Shown: positions 35,731-47,002, numbered from the stretch's first letter. The stretch: DNA of 64,000 nucleotides from Prochlorococcus sp. AG-347-M15 (GCA_003281185.1 QCCS01000003.1:34343-98342), one strand, 5' to 3'. The notes: generated by a model from the letters alone, not told the origin. A program made the numbers and translations.

Positions 35731-37200
35731 ATGATCAAACTTTTTAATACTTTAAGCAAAAAAGTTGAGGTTTTTAAGCCTATTGATGATGTAGTAAAAA
35801 TTTATTGTTGTGGGGTAACTGTTTATGATTTATGTCATCTTGGTCATGCCAGAAGTTATATCGCTTGGGATGTATTGAGAAGATTTTTAATTTACAGTGA
35901 TTTCAAAGTGAAGTATGTTCAAAATTTTACAGATATTGATGACAAGATCTTAAAAAGAGCGAAAGAAGAAAGCAGTTCAATGAAGGAAGTATCTGAAAAG
36001 AATATCATTGAATTTCATAAAGATATGGATTCTTTAGGGATAATGCGTCCGGATAGCATGCCAAGAGCAACGAATCATATATGCAATATCTGCTCCTTCA
36101 TAACAATCCTTGAGGACAAAGGTTATGCATACTCTAGGGATGGAGACGTTTATTATTCTGTTTTCAAAAATAAAAATTATGGAAAGCTAAGTAATCAAAA
36201 TTTACAAGAACAAAATATCAATCAGCAAGGAAGAATGGTTAATGAGGAAAATAGTAAAAAACTTAATCCGCAAGATTTTGCGCTATGGAAAAAAGCCAAA
36301 GATGATGAACCATTTTTTGATTCGCCATGGGGTAAAGGTAGGCCTGGATGGCATATTGAATGTTCGGCGATGGTTAAAGATGAATTAGGAGATACTATCG
36401 ATATCCATTTAGGTGGTTCTGATTTGATTTTTCCACATCATGAGAATGAAATCGCCCAATCAGAAGCAGCCAATGGCAAAAAGCTAGCGAACTATTGGTT
36501 ACACAATGGGATGGTCAATGTAAATGGACAAAAGATGAGTAAATCCCTTAAAAATTTTAAAACTATCAGAGAGCTAATTAAGTCAGGTATAAGCCCTATG
36601 ACTTTGCGATATTTTGTTATGACTGTCAATTATAGAAAACCACTTGATTTTACTGAAGAAGCTTTAAGGAGTGCTTCAGAAGCTTGGAAAAATATTAATG
36701 TAGCCCTTTCTTTTATGGATCTTACAAAGGATGTTTTTAGATCTATTGATAAAGATGAATCTATCGAAGAAGAATATAAAGAGAAAATAAGTTTTGAATT
36801 ATCTCAAAAAACGCTTAAATTTTCTGAGGCTCTGGGAAATGATCTCAATACAGCAGGTGCTATTGCAATTATTTACGATTTAGCGAAACCATTAAAAAAC
36901 TTTTTAAACCAATTTCAAAGGGTTGAAGGTTTTAAAATAGACCTAAATCAAAAATTCTTTCTACTTGAAAATTTTAAAACTCTTGCAAAGTTGACTGAGG
37001 TACTTGGTCTTAAAAAAGAAGTTTTAGTAAAAGAAAATAAAATAACAGAAGAAGAAATATCATTTCTAATTAATGAAAGATTGAAAGCAAAAATGGAAAA
37101 GAATTATGCGAAGGCCGATGAAATAAGAAATTTTTTAAAAGAAAAAGGTATTGAACTTATTGATCAATCAAAGGAAATAACAAGATGGATAAGGGTCTAA
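35731..37200 (+). CDS. cysS: Cysteine--tRNA ligase
   Basis: CGVTVY, HLGH, GRPGWHIEC, KMSKS. Confidence 0.98.
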   Translation: MIKLFNTLSKKVEVFKPIDDVVKIYCCGVTVYDLCHLGHARSYIAWDVLRRFLIYSDFKVKYVQNFTDIDDKILKRAKEESSSMKEVSEKNIIEFHKDMDSLGIMRPDSMPRATNHICNICSFITILEDKGYAYSRDGDVYYSVFKNKNYGKLSNQNLQEQNINQQGRMVNEENSKKLNPQDFALWKKAKDDEPFFDSPWGKGRPGWHIECSAMVKDELGDTIDIHLGGSDLIFPHHENEIAQSEAANGKKLANYWLHNGMVNVNGQKMSKSLKNFKTIRELIKSGISPMTLRYFVMTVNYRKPLDFTEEALRSASEAWKNINVALSFMDLTKDVFRSIDKDESIEEEYKEKISFELSQKTLKFSEALGNDLNTAGAIAIIYDLAKPLKNFLNQFQRVEGFKIDLNQKFFLLENFKTLAKLTEVLGLKKEVLVKENKITEEEISFLINERLKAKMEKNYAKADEIRNFLKEKGIELIDQSKEITRWIRV

Positions 37201-37282
37201 ATTTTAAGAAAAAAACCAATTTGAAATTTTTGTTTTTTAAATACACCTTTAAATGGGAAGATATTAGAAATATAACAGAAAA

Positions 37283-38512
37283 TTGAAATACATTACTGTG
37301 CTCGGTTCTACTGGTTCAATAGGGACTCAAACTCTCGAAATAGCTAGTGAGCAGCCTGATAAGTTTAAAGCCGTAGCTCTTTCTGCAGGAAGAAATATTA
37401 ATTTATTAACTGAACAAGTTAAAACACATAAACCAGAGGTAGTTGCAATTGAGGATGAAAGTCTTATAGAAGATTTAAAAGATAATATTAATAACTTAGA
37501 TTTGGATGATGCTCCCTTGGTTTTAGGTGGAAAGCAGGGAATTAACGCAGTTGCAGCATGGGATAAGGCAGATACTGTGGTAACGGGGATAGTAGGCTGT
37601 GCAGGCTTAATTCCAACAATGTCAGCAATTAATGCTGGGAAAAATATTGCACTTGCTAACAAAGAAACTTTAATTGCGGCAGGACCAATTGTTATTCCTG
37701 CATTAAAGAAAAATAATAGTAGGCTATTACCTGCTGATTCAGAACACTCTGCTATCTTTCAATGCTTACAAGGATTACCTAATTATGAAAATGCAGATTT
37801 TTCAACAGGAGTAATGCCTAAAGGTTTAAAAGCCATACACTTAACAGCTTCTGGTGGTGCTTTCAGAGATTGGGCCGTTGAGGATTTAAAGCATGTCAAA
37901 GTGGAAGATGCGACTTCACATCCTAATTGGGATATGGGTAAAAAAATAACTGTAGATTCTGCAACTCTTATGAATAAAGGATTAGAAGTTATAGAAGCTC
38001 ATTATTTATTTGGGACCTCTTACGAAAATATCGAAATAGTTATCCACCCTCAAAGTATTATTCATTCAATGATTGAGATGGAAGATTCTTCAGTATTAGC
38101 TCAATTAGGTTGGCCAGATATGAAGCTACCCATTTTATATGCGATGAGTTGGCCTGAAAGATTTAAAACAAATTGGAAAAGATTAAACCTAAGTGAAATT
38201 GGAAAATTAACTTTTAAAGAGCCAGACGAGTTTAAATATCCATGCATGGGGCTTGCCTATGCTGCAGGAAAGTCTTCTGGGACTATGCCTGCAGTCTTAA
38301 ATGCTGCTAATGAAATTGCTGTTGAACAATTCCTCAAAGAAAAAATTTCTTTTCAAGAAATTCCAACATTTATAAGTAAAGCTTGTGAATCACATATGGA
38401 GAATTTGAATTTGAGTCCCGAATTGGAGGATATTCTTGAGGTAGACAATTGGGCCAGACTTTTTGTTAAGCAAGAAATTAAAAAAGGGAAAAAATACGTA
38501 AGTATTGGATAA
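37283..38512 (+). CDS. dxr: 1-deoxy-D-xylulose-5-phosphate reductoisomerase
   Basis: [30 protein letters not shown]. Confidence 0.98.
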   Translation: MKYITVLGSTGSIGTQTLEIASEQPDKFKAVALSAGRNINLLTEQVKTHKPEVVAIEDESLIEDLKDNINNLDLDDAPLVLGGKQGINAVAAWDKADTVVTGIVGCAGLIPTMSAINAGKNIALANKETLIAAGPIVIPALKKNNSRLLPADSEHSAIFQCLQGLPNYENADFSTGVMPKGLKAIHLTASGGAFRDWAVEDLKHVKVEDATSHPNWDMGKKITVDSATLMNKGLEVIEAHYLFGTSYENIEIVIHPQSIIHSMIEMEDSSVLAQLGWPDMKLPILYAMSWPERFKTNWKRLNLSEIGKLTFKEPDEFKYPCMGLAYAAGKSSGTMPAVLNAANEIAVEQFLKEKISFQEIPTFISKACESHMENLNLSPELEDILEVDNWARLFVKQEIKKGKKYVSIG

Positions 38513-38514
38513 AA

Positions 38515-38856
38515 GTGAATATAAAAAAACATCTTCTACTATGCGCAACACCCACAAAACAGAAATGCTTTAAAGGCAATGAAGGTCAAAAAGCATGGGA
38601 ATGTCTGAAAAAGACTTTAAAAAAATTTGAGAATGATCCCTCTACAAAAAACGTTCATATATTGAGATCAAAAGCTGACTGTTTAAGAGTATGTAAGAAC
38701 GGCCCAATTCTTCTTGTCTGGCCTGATGGTATTTGGTATGAGAAAGTTTCTCCAGAAAAAATTTCTGAAATTTTTACCTCACATATTATTAACGGTAAGC
38801 CAATTGAAAAATGGATTTTTAAAAAAACACCATTTTTAAATATTCCTAGATACTAA
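38515..38856 (+). CDS. Thioredoxin-like (2Fe-2S) ferredoxin
   Basis: HLLLC..C, CLRVC..GP, V.PDG.WY. Confidence 0.88.
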   Translation: MNIKKHLLLCATPTKQKCFKGNEGQKAWECLKKTLKKFENDPSTKNVHILRSKADCLRVCKNGPILLVWPDGIWYEKVSPEKISEIFTSHIINGKPIEKWIFKKTPFLNIPRY

Positions 38857-39928
38857 TAAACCAGTTCTTTACGACTTCGTCTGACCAGCAGCCATTAATC
38901 GAATGAAAACCATTATGACCTCCTTTTTCGGTTATGAAAACAGTGAATATATCATTAGATTCTTTTCTTAAAGTCAAAGTATCATTATATGGAACCCAAG
39001 GATCATCCTTGGCATGAATAAAAAGCATTGGAGGTAATTTTTTTATTGAGTTTTGGATTCTAAATATTGGAGAAGCTTTAATATAATAATCCTCTAGAGA
39101 ATTAAATCCCCAACTAGGAGCTGTAAATTTCTGATCAAATTCTCTTATACTTTTTAAATTTCTAATTTTTATTCTTAATTTCTCGTTATCAAGGAGTTTG
39201 CCTTCATCATTAAATCCCTCCCATAACTGATTTTTTAAGCGGTGAAGTAACCATTTTTGGTAGATATAATTTCTAGGTTTTTCAATACAGAGACTGCATG
39301 AAGATAAATCTAAAGGGGTACTCACGCAGGCAAGTCCATCTAAAAGTTTTTCTTTGTCTTCATCATAATCTAGGCAGGCATTTAAAAGAATTGTTCCGCC
39401 TAAAGATAATCCAACTCCGTAAATTGGAAGATTATTCATCTTAATGAGATCTTTAAACTCTAAATTAATGAATTTCTTAAAATAATTAATTGCTGAAATA
39501 ACATCACTAGAGCATCTAGCACAATAATTTCCTTTAGCTAAATATCTCGCAGATCCAGATCCTCTCAGATTTAATTTAAGAACTCCAAAACCATTATTTG
39601 CTAATTTCCTAGAGATTCTTCTTAAACCAAACCGTTTAGTTGAGCCACCTAAACCATGTGTAACGATTACAAAACCCCTAAGTAAGTCTAAGTTTTCAGG
39701 TAATTCTAAAAAACCTAGAAGATAATCACATTCAAATTTTTTAGAAAGAATTTTATTAATCGGAAAGAATATTTTTTTATTTTTTTTTGATTTACTAAAA
39801 TCAATAACAAAAGTATCTCTCATAGTTTGTAAGTCGCCACCTATCCAAGGTAAAACTTCTCGAAATGGCTTATTTTTTACGTAATCTGAAAACCTAAAAG
39901 ATATACTATTATTTCTCTCCAACCCCAA
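38846..39928 (-). CDS. Alpha/beta hydrolase, YheT family
   Basis: GG.LQT, HGLGG, GLSLGG, HAKDDPW, GGH.GF. Confidence 0.88.
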   Translation of the reverse strand: MGLERNNSISFRFSDYVKNKPFREVLPWIGGDLQTMRDTFVIDFSKSKKNKKIFFPINKILSKKFECDYLLGFLELPENLDLLRGFVIVTHGLGGSTKRFGLRRISRKLANNGFGVLKLNLRGSGSARYLAKGNYCARCSSDVISAINYFKKFINLEFKDLIKMNNLPIYGVGLSLGGTILLNACLDYDEDKEKLLDGLACVSTPLDLSSCSLCIEKPRNYIYQKWLLHRLKNQLWEGFNDEGKLLDNEKLRIKIRNLKSIREFDQKFTAPSWGFNSLEDYYIKASPIFRIQNSIKKLPPMLFIHAKDDPWVPYNDTLTLRKESNDIFTVFITEKGGHNGFHSINGCWSDEVVKNWFISI

Positions 39929-41348
39929 GATCCTTTAATTCTCCAATCAAATCATTCAGTACCTTTTTTGCATCACCAAAGACCATTGAAGTATTTGGTA
40001 AATCAAATAAATCATTTTTTATTCCGGAGTAACCTGCACTCATACCACGTTTAATCACAAATACCGTTCTTGCTTCCTGCACATCAAGAACTGGCATGCC
40101 ATATAAAGGAGAAGAGCTATCATTTTTAGCTTGAGGATTAACAACATCATTTGCTCCTAAAACTAAAACAACATCTGTTGCTGGAAAATCAGGATTTACA
40201 ACGTCCATCTCTTTAAGTTGTTCGTAAGGAACATCTGCTTCTGCTAAAAGGACATTCATATGTCCAGGCATCCTACCTGCTACAGGATGAATTGCGTAAA
40301 CAACTTCAATACCGGTTTGCTCTAGTTTTTTTGTCACTTCCCTTAAAGTATGTTGAGCTTGAGCTACAGCCAAACCATAACCAGGAACAATAATTACCTT
40401 GTTGGCTGCCTCTAAAGTCAATGCACATTCTTCAACACTGCAAGAAGTTATATTTGTGTATTCTCCAGAACCAGAAGAAGCTGTACTTTGTGCAGATAAA
40501 GATCCTCCAAAAAGAACTGAGACCAATGATCTATTCATACCCTTGCACATTACTTGAGTAAGTATTAGACCTGCGGCTCCAACCATTGCGCCTGCTACTA
40601 TCAAAAGCTGACTATCTACAACGAAACCTGCTGCTGCTGCTGCAATCCCTGAATAACTATTTAATAAAGATATAACGACTGGCATATCAGCTCCACCAAT
40701 TGGTAAAGTAACTCCAATACCTAATAAAGAAGAAACAATAACTAATAGCCAAATAGAACTTGTATTGCCGTTTATCAAATCAAAAAAGGCTATCAAGGAA
40801 GCAACTGCAAAAACAATATTTACAAAATGTCTAACTTTGCTCTGAGTCCATCCTGGAGTTGACAACCAACCCTGTAACTTTGCCATCGCCACAATTGAAC
40901 CTGTGAAAGTTATGGCACCAACAAATATAGAAACAGATATTGAAACTTCGTTAATCAGTGTCCTAAAAAAATCTAAATTTTCTTGGCCACCAGATATAGG
41001 AAAAATAGCTACTCCTAAGGCCACCAAAAGTGATGACATTCCTCCACAACCATTGAACAATGCCACTGTTTCAGGCATGGAGGTCATAGGTACTTTTTTT
41101 GCAAGAATTGCTCCGAATAAACTTCCTAAGATTGATCCAATTATTATCCAAATCCAAGACTGAATAGCAATTCCAGAAGTGCCTAAGTAATAAGAAAGTA
41201 ATCCTACTACTGATAGCGACATTGCAAATGCAGCTAATCTATTGGCATCCCTTGCTGATTTTACTTTTGACAATCCTTTTATTCCCAAAGCCAGTAAAAG
41301 TACTGCTAGAAGGTCAATAACGAATTTAATGATTACAGGTAGATTCAT
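39909..41348 (-). CDS. pntB: NAD(P) transhydrogenase beta subunit
   Basis: PIGGADMPVVIS, PGYGLAVAQAQ, HPVAGRMPGHMNVLLAEA. Confidence 0.97.
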   Translation of the reverse strand: MNLPVIIKFVIDLLAVLLLALGIKGLSKVKSARDANRLAAFAMSLSVVGLLSYYLGTSGIAIQSWIWIIIGSILGSLFGAILAKKVPMTSMPETVALFNGCGGMSSLLVALGVAIFPISGGQENLDFFRTLINEVSISVSIFVGAITFTGSIVAMAKLQGWLSTPGWTQSKVRHFVNIVFAVASLIAFFDLINGNTSSIWLLVIVSSLLGIGVTLPIGGADMPVVISLLNSYSGIAAAAAGFVVDSQLLIVAGAMVGAAGLILTQVMCKGMNRSLVSVLFGGSLSAQSTASSGSGEYTNITSCSVEECALTLEAANKVIIVPGYGLAVAQAQHTLREVTKKLEQTGIEVVYAIHPVAGRMPGHMNVLLAEADVPYEQLKEMDVVNPDFPATDVVLVLGANDVVNPQAKNDSSSPLYGMPVLDVQEARTVFVIKRGMSAGYSGIKNDLFDLPNTSMVFGDAKKVLNDLIGELKDLGVGEK

Positions 41349-41356
41349 GTTAAAAA

Positions 41357-41650
41357 TTACTTCTTATTTGATGGTTTTCGACTAAACATCGCGAGCATTC
41401 GATCAGTTACAAAGAAACCGCCTACAACGTTGAAAAGAGCAAATCCAAGAGAAACTGAACCAATTATTAAAAGTGGTACGTTACCTTCTGCTTTTACAAT
41501 TAAAGTCAAGGCTGCAAGCATCGTTATTCCTGAAATTGCATTTGCTCCACTCATTAGAGGTGTGTGAAGAGTAGGAGGAACTTTTCCAATTAACTCGAGA
41601 CCTAATAAACTACCTAGTAAAAGAACCCAAAGAAGACTTATAAAAGACAT
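41357..41650 (-). CDS. pntA: NAD(P) transhydrogenase alpha subunit part 2
   Basis: LHTPLMSGANAISG, VTDRML.MF. Confidence 0.95.
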   Translation of the reverse strand: MSFISLLWVLLLGSLLGLELIGKVPPTLHTPLMSGANAISGITMLAALTLIVKAEGNVPLLIIGSVSLGFALFNVVGGFFVTDRMLAMFSRKPSNKK

Positions 41651-41662
41651 AATTTTAAAACC

Positions 41663-42793
41663 TCAATTTTCAAAAACTTTATTTTGAAGAACAACTCCTT
41701 GATCGCTTAATAAACATCCAGAAATGAGTTCATCCTTTTTATCTAATTTAATTAGACCATCTTTTATAAATGGTGTAATCAAAGATGTTAAGTTCTTAGC
41801 ATAAAGTGTACTTGCATCATAAGGAACTGAAGAGGGTAATTCGCCCGCCCCTATAAGTTTTACCCCATCTTTGATAATAGTTTCATTTGATTTTGTTCCT
41901 TCGCAGTTCCCTCCCTGAGAAACTGCTAAATCAATAACTACTGCTCCAGGCCTCATTTTTTCAATCATGGGTGAGTCTATTAAAACAGGGGCCTTTTTAC
42001 CTAGAACTTGCGCAGTACATATAGCAACATCAGCTTCAGATAAATATTTAGTTAAAGTCGCCTTCTGTTTTGAGAGGAATTCGGGTGTTACAGCTTTTGC
42101 ATAACCTCCTGCCTCTCCAGGCTTTTCCTCAACTTCAGGAAGTTCTATAAATCTTGCTCCGAGGGACTCTACTTGTTCTTTAACAGCAGGTCTAATATCA
42201 GATACAAAAACTATTGCTCCAAGTCTTTTCGCCGTCGCAACTGCCTGTAAGCCTGCAACACCTCCACCAAGAACCACTACTTTTGCAGGTTGGACTGTCC
42301 CTGCTGCAGTCATAAGCATTGGGAAATATCTATCTAACTCACTTGCAGCCAAAAGAACTGCTTTATATCCAGCAATATTGGCCTGTGAAGAAAGTACATC
42401 AGAAGATTGAGCTCTACTAATCCTCGGAAGCAACTCTAGTGATAAAGCTGAAATCTTATTACTATTTATAATCCTAAGAAGCTCCTTGTTACCATATGGA
42501 TTAAGAAGACCAAGAAGAACAGCTCCTTTCTTTAACTTAATTAAATTATCCTCTGATGGAGTTTGAACACAAAATATTAAGTCAGCTTCACCCCAAATTT
42601 TTTGATCTACGTTGTTTATTATTGTTCCGCCCGATTCTTCATATGATAAGTCACTAAATCCTGATAATTTTCCTGCTGAACTTTCAATATAAACATCACA
42701 TCCAAGGCTTTTTAATTTCTTTACCGCTTCTGGTGTAGCTGAAACTCTCCTTTCACCAGAGCTTGTTTCGGAAGGAATAAGTATCTTTGTCAA
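41663..42793 (-). CDS. pntA: NAD(P) transhydrogenase alpha subunit part 1
   Basis: ERRV..TP, PRISRAQS.DVLSSQ.NIAGY, GGGVAGL. Confidence 0.96.
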   Translation of the reverse strand: MTKILIPSETSSGERRVSATPEAVKKLKSLGCDVYIESSAGKLSGFSDLSYEESGGTIINNVDQKIWGEADLIFCVQTPSEDNLIKLKKGAVLLGLLNPYGNKELLRIINSNKISALSLELLPRISRAQSSDVLSSQANIAGYKAVLLAASELDRYFPMLMTAAGTVQPAKVVVLGGGVAGLQAVATAKRLGAIVFVSDIRPAVKEQVESLGARFIELPEVEEKPGEAGGYAKAVTPEFLSKQKATLTKYLSEADVAICTAQVLGKKAPVLIDSPMIEKMRPGAVVIDLAVSQGGNCEGTKSNETIIKDGVKLIGAGELPSSVPYDASTLYAKNLTSLITPFIKDGLIKLDKKDELISGCLLSDQGVVLQNKVFEN

Positions 42794-42920
42794 TTTATTT
42801 ATTTTTTTAACATACTAAATATAAATTGAAGAAAGTCAAAAGTCTTGGATTTTTGTTAAAAATATATTTTCTTTTCTATAAAAAATAGCTATCTAGAATA
42901 TATAAGTACTAAAAAATCAA

Positions 42921-43499
42921 ATGAGTATAAAAGCAATCGAATGTCCTGATGGAGTGTGCCACAGTCATCATGGTGGTCATGCTGTTCCGAGGCAAGCTAT
43001 GCAGAAAAATTTAGAAAAGCATGGTAAAGACTGGTGCGAGAAATTAGCAGAGAGAATTTATGAAATGTCAGTTGATACTTATTCACAGACAGTCATGCCT
43101 AGTCTCCACTCGGCAGGTTGGCAAAGAAGACATTTAGATTGGGAATTTAAGCTGGCAGAAAATGATTCTGAACCAGATGAAGCTCTTGTTGAAGGAATTA
43201 TTAATGCCACAGAAAGCTTTCTAAGGAGTAGTGAGGTTCATCGATTATTTATTCAAGAATTAGTTCAGGGCACATTCGAGGAGGCAAATGATAAAAAAAT
43301 AATTTCTAAAGCAATAAAATCTATCATTGAAGAAGAAATTGTTAGTTCACTAAGAGAAAAGAAAGAAACTCTTTTAAAGAAAATATCCGCAAAATTAATA
43401 TCAGAAGAAAAAGTTAGCGAGGAACTTGCAATAAATTCCGCTAAAGAGGGTTTTGATGAAGTTGAAAGGCTACTTGCAAATCACAGCGAAGCAGTTTAA
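42921..43499 (+). CDS. Conserved hypothetical protein
   Basis: ORF track; N-terminal CPDGVCHSHHGGH putative metal motif. Confidence 0.85.
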   Translation: MSIKAIECPDGVCHSHHGGHAVPRQAMQKNLEKHGKDWCEKLAERIYEMSVDTYSQTVMPSLHSAGWQRRHLDWEFKLAENDSEPDEALVEGIINATESFLRSSEVHRLFIQELVQGTFEEANDKKIISKAIKSIIEEEIVSSLREKKETLLKKISAKLISEEKVSEELAINSAKEGFDEVERLLANHSEAV

Positions 43500-43631
43500 C
43501 TCTATTTCTTTATATTTTCTTTATATTTTCTCTATAATTTCCCCAAAAATTGACTCAAATATTAATTAAAGATTAAATTATTGTTTGGAAGTACAAAGTT
43601 GTAACTTATTAGACAATACATAAGTTCTCTG

Positions 43632-43889
43632 ATGTGTTTATCTATATACAGCTTAAATCTTTCAATGGACAATTTCATTAGAAAAAGGATCGACATAGCG
43701 ACCTGTTGGGCAACCAATAGAATTTCAACAATGGACACTTTAGAAAGGTATGAAGACAGTTATGCAATCGCAGAAGAATTTAGAGAGTGGATATTACATA
43801 TTGGAGAAAAGAACGAAAATTTAAAAGATTCTATTCTTAATTTCCCAACAGAATTAAAAAAGTTATTAGACCAAAAAGTCAACGATTGA
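43632..43889 (+). CDS. Conserved hypothetical protein
   Basis: ORF track; EEF.EW motif; start uncertain (possibly MDNF). Confidence 0.7.
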   Translation: MCLSIYSLNLSMDNFIRKRIDIATCWATNRISTMDTLERYEDSYAIAEEFREWILHIGEKNENLKDSILNFPTELKKLLDQKVND

Positions 43890-43968
43890 GTAATAAATCT
43901 ATCGAGTGAAATCCGCCCTACATTATTTGGGTTTGTTTATTAATATTAGTAGTGAAATTAAAAAATAA

Positions 43969-45345
43969 ATGGAAAATAAAGAAAATGCTTCAAACGTAGA
44001 AAACGTTGTAATTATAGGTTCTGGACCTGCTGGTTATACAGCGGCAATATATGCAGCAAGAGCAAATCTTCAACCTTTGCTCGTAACTGGATTTAATTCT
44101 GGTGGAATTCCTGGTGGCCAATTAATGACTACAACATTTGTTGAAAATTATCCAGGCTTCCCAGATGGTGTACTAGGTCCTGAGTTAATGGATCTAATGA
44201 AAGCTCAAGCAGAAAGATGGGGAACTAATTTATACGAAAGTGATGTTGTCTCAATAAATATTGATTCACATCCTTTTGAATTAAAGACTTTAGAAGGAAC
44301 TATAAAATCTAACTCAATTATTATTGCAACTGGAGCAAGTGCAAATAGATTAGGCGTGATAAATGAAGATAAATTTTGGAGTAAAGGAATAAGTGCTTGT
44401 GCAATATGTGATGGAGCGACGCCGCAATTTAGAGATGAAGAATTAGCTGTTATTGGAGGTGGAGACTCTGCATGTGAAGAAGCAGCATATCTCACAAAGT
44501 ATGGAAGCAAAGTGCATTTGATTGTTAGGTCAGAAAAATTAAGGGCCAGCGCAGCAATGGTAGATAGAGTAAAAGCTAATCCAAAGATAGAAATTCATTG
44601 GAACACAAAAGTTGATAAAGCGGATGGTTCTGAATGGCTTGAGAGAATAGAAACTATTCACTCTCAAGAAGGTAAAGGGCAAATCAATATAAAAGGTCTT
44701 TTTTACGCGATAGGGCACACACCAAATACGAAGTTCTTAGACAACAAAATTGATTTAGATAATAAAGGATATATTGCTTGTAAATCAGGAAGACCAGAAA
44801 CATCTATTGAAGGCATCTTCGCAGCAGGCGATGTTGTTGATTCTGAGTGGAGACAAGGAGTTACCGCTGCAGGAACTGGATGCATGGCAGCATTAGCTAC
44901 CGAAAGGTGGCTAGCCGAGAAAAACTTGGCAAAAACTATAGTCAGAGAAACACCCGAACCAGAAAAAAAACTTAATTCATCAGATTTTAATGAAGAAGAA
45001 GTCAATGAAGATACTTTCGATTCAAATTCTGAATGGCAAAAAGGCAGTTATGCACTAAGGAAACTTTATCACGAGAGTAAAAAACCTATCTTAGTAATTT
45101 TTAGTTCCCCAAGCTGCGGCCCATGTCATGTTTTAAAACCTCAGTTAAAAAGGGTAATCAAAGAACTTGATGGTGCAGTTCTTGGCGTTGAAATAGATAT
45201 TGATAAAGATCAAGATATTGCAAAACAAGCTGGTATCAACGGCACACCAACTGTTCAACTTTTTAAAGAAAAATTATTAAAAAAACAATGGCAAGGTGTT
45301 AAACAAAGAAGTGAGTTTAAAGAAGCGATAAAAAATATTATCTAA
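43969..45345 (+). CDS. trxB: Thioredoxin reductase fused to a C-terminal thioredoxin (NTRC type)
   Basis: GSGPAG, SACAICDG, GGGDSA; C-terminal CGPC Trx domain. Confidence 0.95.
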   Translation: MENKENASNVENVVIIGSGPAGYTAAIYAARANLQPLLVTGFNSGGIPGGQLMTTTFVENYPGFPDGVLGPELMDLMKAQAERWGTNLYESDVVSINIDSHPFELKTLEGTIKSNSIIIATGASANRLGVINEDKFWSKGISACAICDGATPQFRDEELAVIGGGDSACEEAAYLTKYGSKVHLIVRSEKLRASAAMVDRVKANPKIEIHWNTKVDKADGSEWLERIETIHSQEGKGQINIKGLFYAIGHTPNTKFLDNKIDLDNKGYIACKSGRPETSIEGIFAAGDVVDSEWRQGVTAAGTGCMAALATERWLAEKNLAKTIVRETPEPEKKLNSSDFNEEEVNEDTFDSNSEWQKGSYALRKLYHESKKPILVIFSSPSCGPCHVLKPQLKRVIKELDGAVLGVEIDIDKDQDIAKQAGINGTPTVQLFKEKLLKKQWQGVKQRSEFKEAIKNII

Positions 45346-45354
45346 GTTAACTGT

Positions 45355-45621
45355 TTACTTATTATTTCTCTTTGGATTGTTTTTATTGGTTGTAGGTTTA
45401 GCACCACCTGCATTTCTTTCTCTATAAGTTATCCTCCCTCTAGAAAGATCATAAGGACTTATTTCAACTAAGACTTTGTCTCCAGCTAATAATTTAATTC
45501 TAAATTTAGTCAATTTACCTGCAGCTCTACATAAACATTGATGCCCTTCAGGTTGCTCTAAGGTAACCAAATAAAATCCATTTCCCTGCTCTTTTTCTAT
45601 TACACCTGAAGTTTCAATCAT
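45355..45621 (-). CDS. infA: Translation initiation factor IF-1
   Basis: GDKVLVEISPYDLSRGRITYR. Confidence 0.96.
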   Translation of the reverse strand: MIETSGVIEKEQGNGFYLVTLEQPEGHQCLCRAAGKLTKFRIKLLAGDKVLVEISPYDLSRGRITYRERNAGGAKPTTNKNNPKRNNK

Positions 45622-45713
45622 TAATTAATCTTTTACTAAATACATATTATCAGAAAAAGATTGGCCAAAATTGGTTTAAAAAAAATTACATACGTAAAAA
45701 TATGCAATTCAAT

Positions 45714-45926
45714 TCAAATTGAAAATTTAATTTCATTAATTATTTGAAGTTGTCCATAGTAAAAATTTGCTTTCGCAATTTTTTCAGAATCTTCTAATTG
45801 ATCAAAAAAAACAAACCCAAGGCTTTCCCATAATGAAGATCCGCAAACATTATTCAATTCATTTCTTGCTTCTTTTGCAAAATTATCTAGTTTTCGTTCA
45901 AGGTTTTTAGACTTAGAAACAGACAT
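45714..45926 (-). CDS. Hypothetical protein
   Basis: ORF track, 70 aa. Confidence 0.7.
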   Translation of the reverse strand: MSVSKSKNLERKLDNFAKEARNELNNVCGSSLWESLGFVFFDQLEDSEKIAKANFYYGQLQIINEIKFSI

Positions 45927-45946
45927 AGGTTAATAATATTAAATAT

Positions 45947-45960
45947 AGTACAAATATACT
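45947..45960. promoter_or_regulatory. Putative LexA box
   Basis: AGTACAAATATACT, one mismatch from AGTAC-N4-GTACT, 20 nt upstream of the 45926 start. Confidence 0.5.
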
Positions 45961-45982
45961 ATCTAATTCTAAAATTGCAATA

Positions 45983-46945
45983 TTAAAAAGGTAATCTCTT
46001 TTTTTCTTCAATATTAAGATCTGCTTCCATTTCCCTTAATCTTTTAAGTATTTGTTGATAGTACTCCTTTATATAACTCTCTAGTGAGGTCATATCCTCT
46101 TTTTTAAGTTCCAATATTTCGTAAGTTTTGCTCATGTCAGCATCTAATGATTCACCGCTACTTGTTACTTCAGCAAAAGCCAATCTCTCAGCAACATTAA
46201 GAGAATCTTGGAAAAAGGAAACCACTTTTTGAGTGACATTAATAAGGAAGGGGGAAACTCTAAAAATTTTAGCCTTTTTTTCACTAAATTTTTCACATAA
46301 AGATATAACTTCATTTGAATCCCATGCTTTGGGACCTACTAATGGCAATGATGTTCTATGAGTTTTTGGATTATTTACTGCTGCTACAAGAACTTTCGCC
46401 ATATCTTGAGTATTCATATAAGCAATTTTAGTTGGGGTCCCACTCATCCACACTGCTTGACTATCCAAGATTGGGATTGCGAATTGACCAATAACTCCTT
46501 GCATAAAAGCTGCACATTTGAAGATTGTATAGTCTAAATCAGATTTTTCAAGAAGTTTTTCAGTGCAAAATTTAATGTCCATTAAAGGAACATTTCTAAA
46601 CTTTTCTGTTAGGAGGATAGAAAGGAATATTACCCGTTTTACTTTTAAAGATTCGCAAGCATTGAATAAGTTAAGTTTTCCATCCCAATCAATTTCATAA
46701 ATACTTTTAGGATCATCTGGCCTACTAGTCGCTGCATCAATAACTACTTCAATATCTTGCAATGCATATTCGATATCAGAAGAATTTAATAAATTACCTT
46801 TTGTTAGCTCACAACCCCATTCTTGTAGAAAGGAAGCTTTTCTTGGATTTCTTACAAAGCATCTTACTTCATGTCCATCTTCTATAGCTTGCTTTGCTAT
46901 TTGTCTACCAAGTGTCCCTGTTGCTCCTACTAAAAGAATCTTCAT
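45983..46945 (-). CDS. ycf39: Ycf39-like NAD(P)-binding protein
   Basis: GATGTLGRQI, FLQEWG.EL, DW.GK, DIK.CTE. Confidence 0.9.
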   Translation of the reverse strand: MKILLVGATGTLGRQIAKQAIEDGHEVRCFVRNPRKASFLQEWGCELTKGNLLNSSDIEYALQDIEVVIDAATSRPDDPKSIYEIDWDGKLNLFNACESLKVKRVIFLSILLTEKFRNVPLMDIKFCTEKLLEKSDLDYTIFKCAAFMQGVIGQFAIPILDSQAVWMSGTPTKIAYMNTQDMAKVLVAAVNNPKTHRTSLPLVGPKAWDSNEVISLCEKFSEKKAKIFRVSPFLINVTQKVVSFFQDSLNVAERLAFAEVTSSGESLDADMSKTYEILELKKEDMTSLESYIKEYYQQILKRLREMEADLNIEEKKRLPF

Positions 46946-47002
46946 ATTTAAGATTTACTTAACTTTAAGACCATAACTCAAATTGTGATGTATCTGTGAG
47001 AA

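Noticed and set aside
43504-43536. 11-bp tandem repeat (ATTTTCTTTAT-like, about three copies)
   Set aside because: Low-complexity AT-rich sequence with no spacers; not CRISPR and no functional evidence
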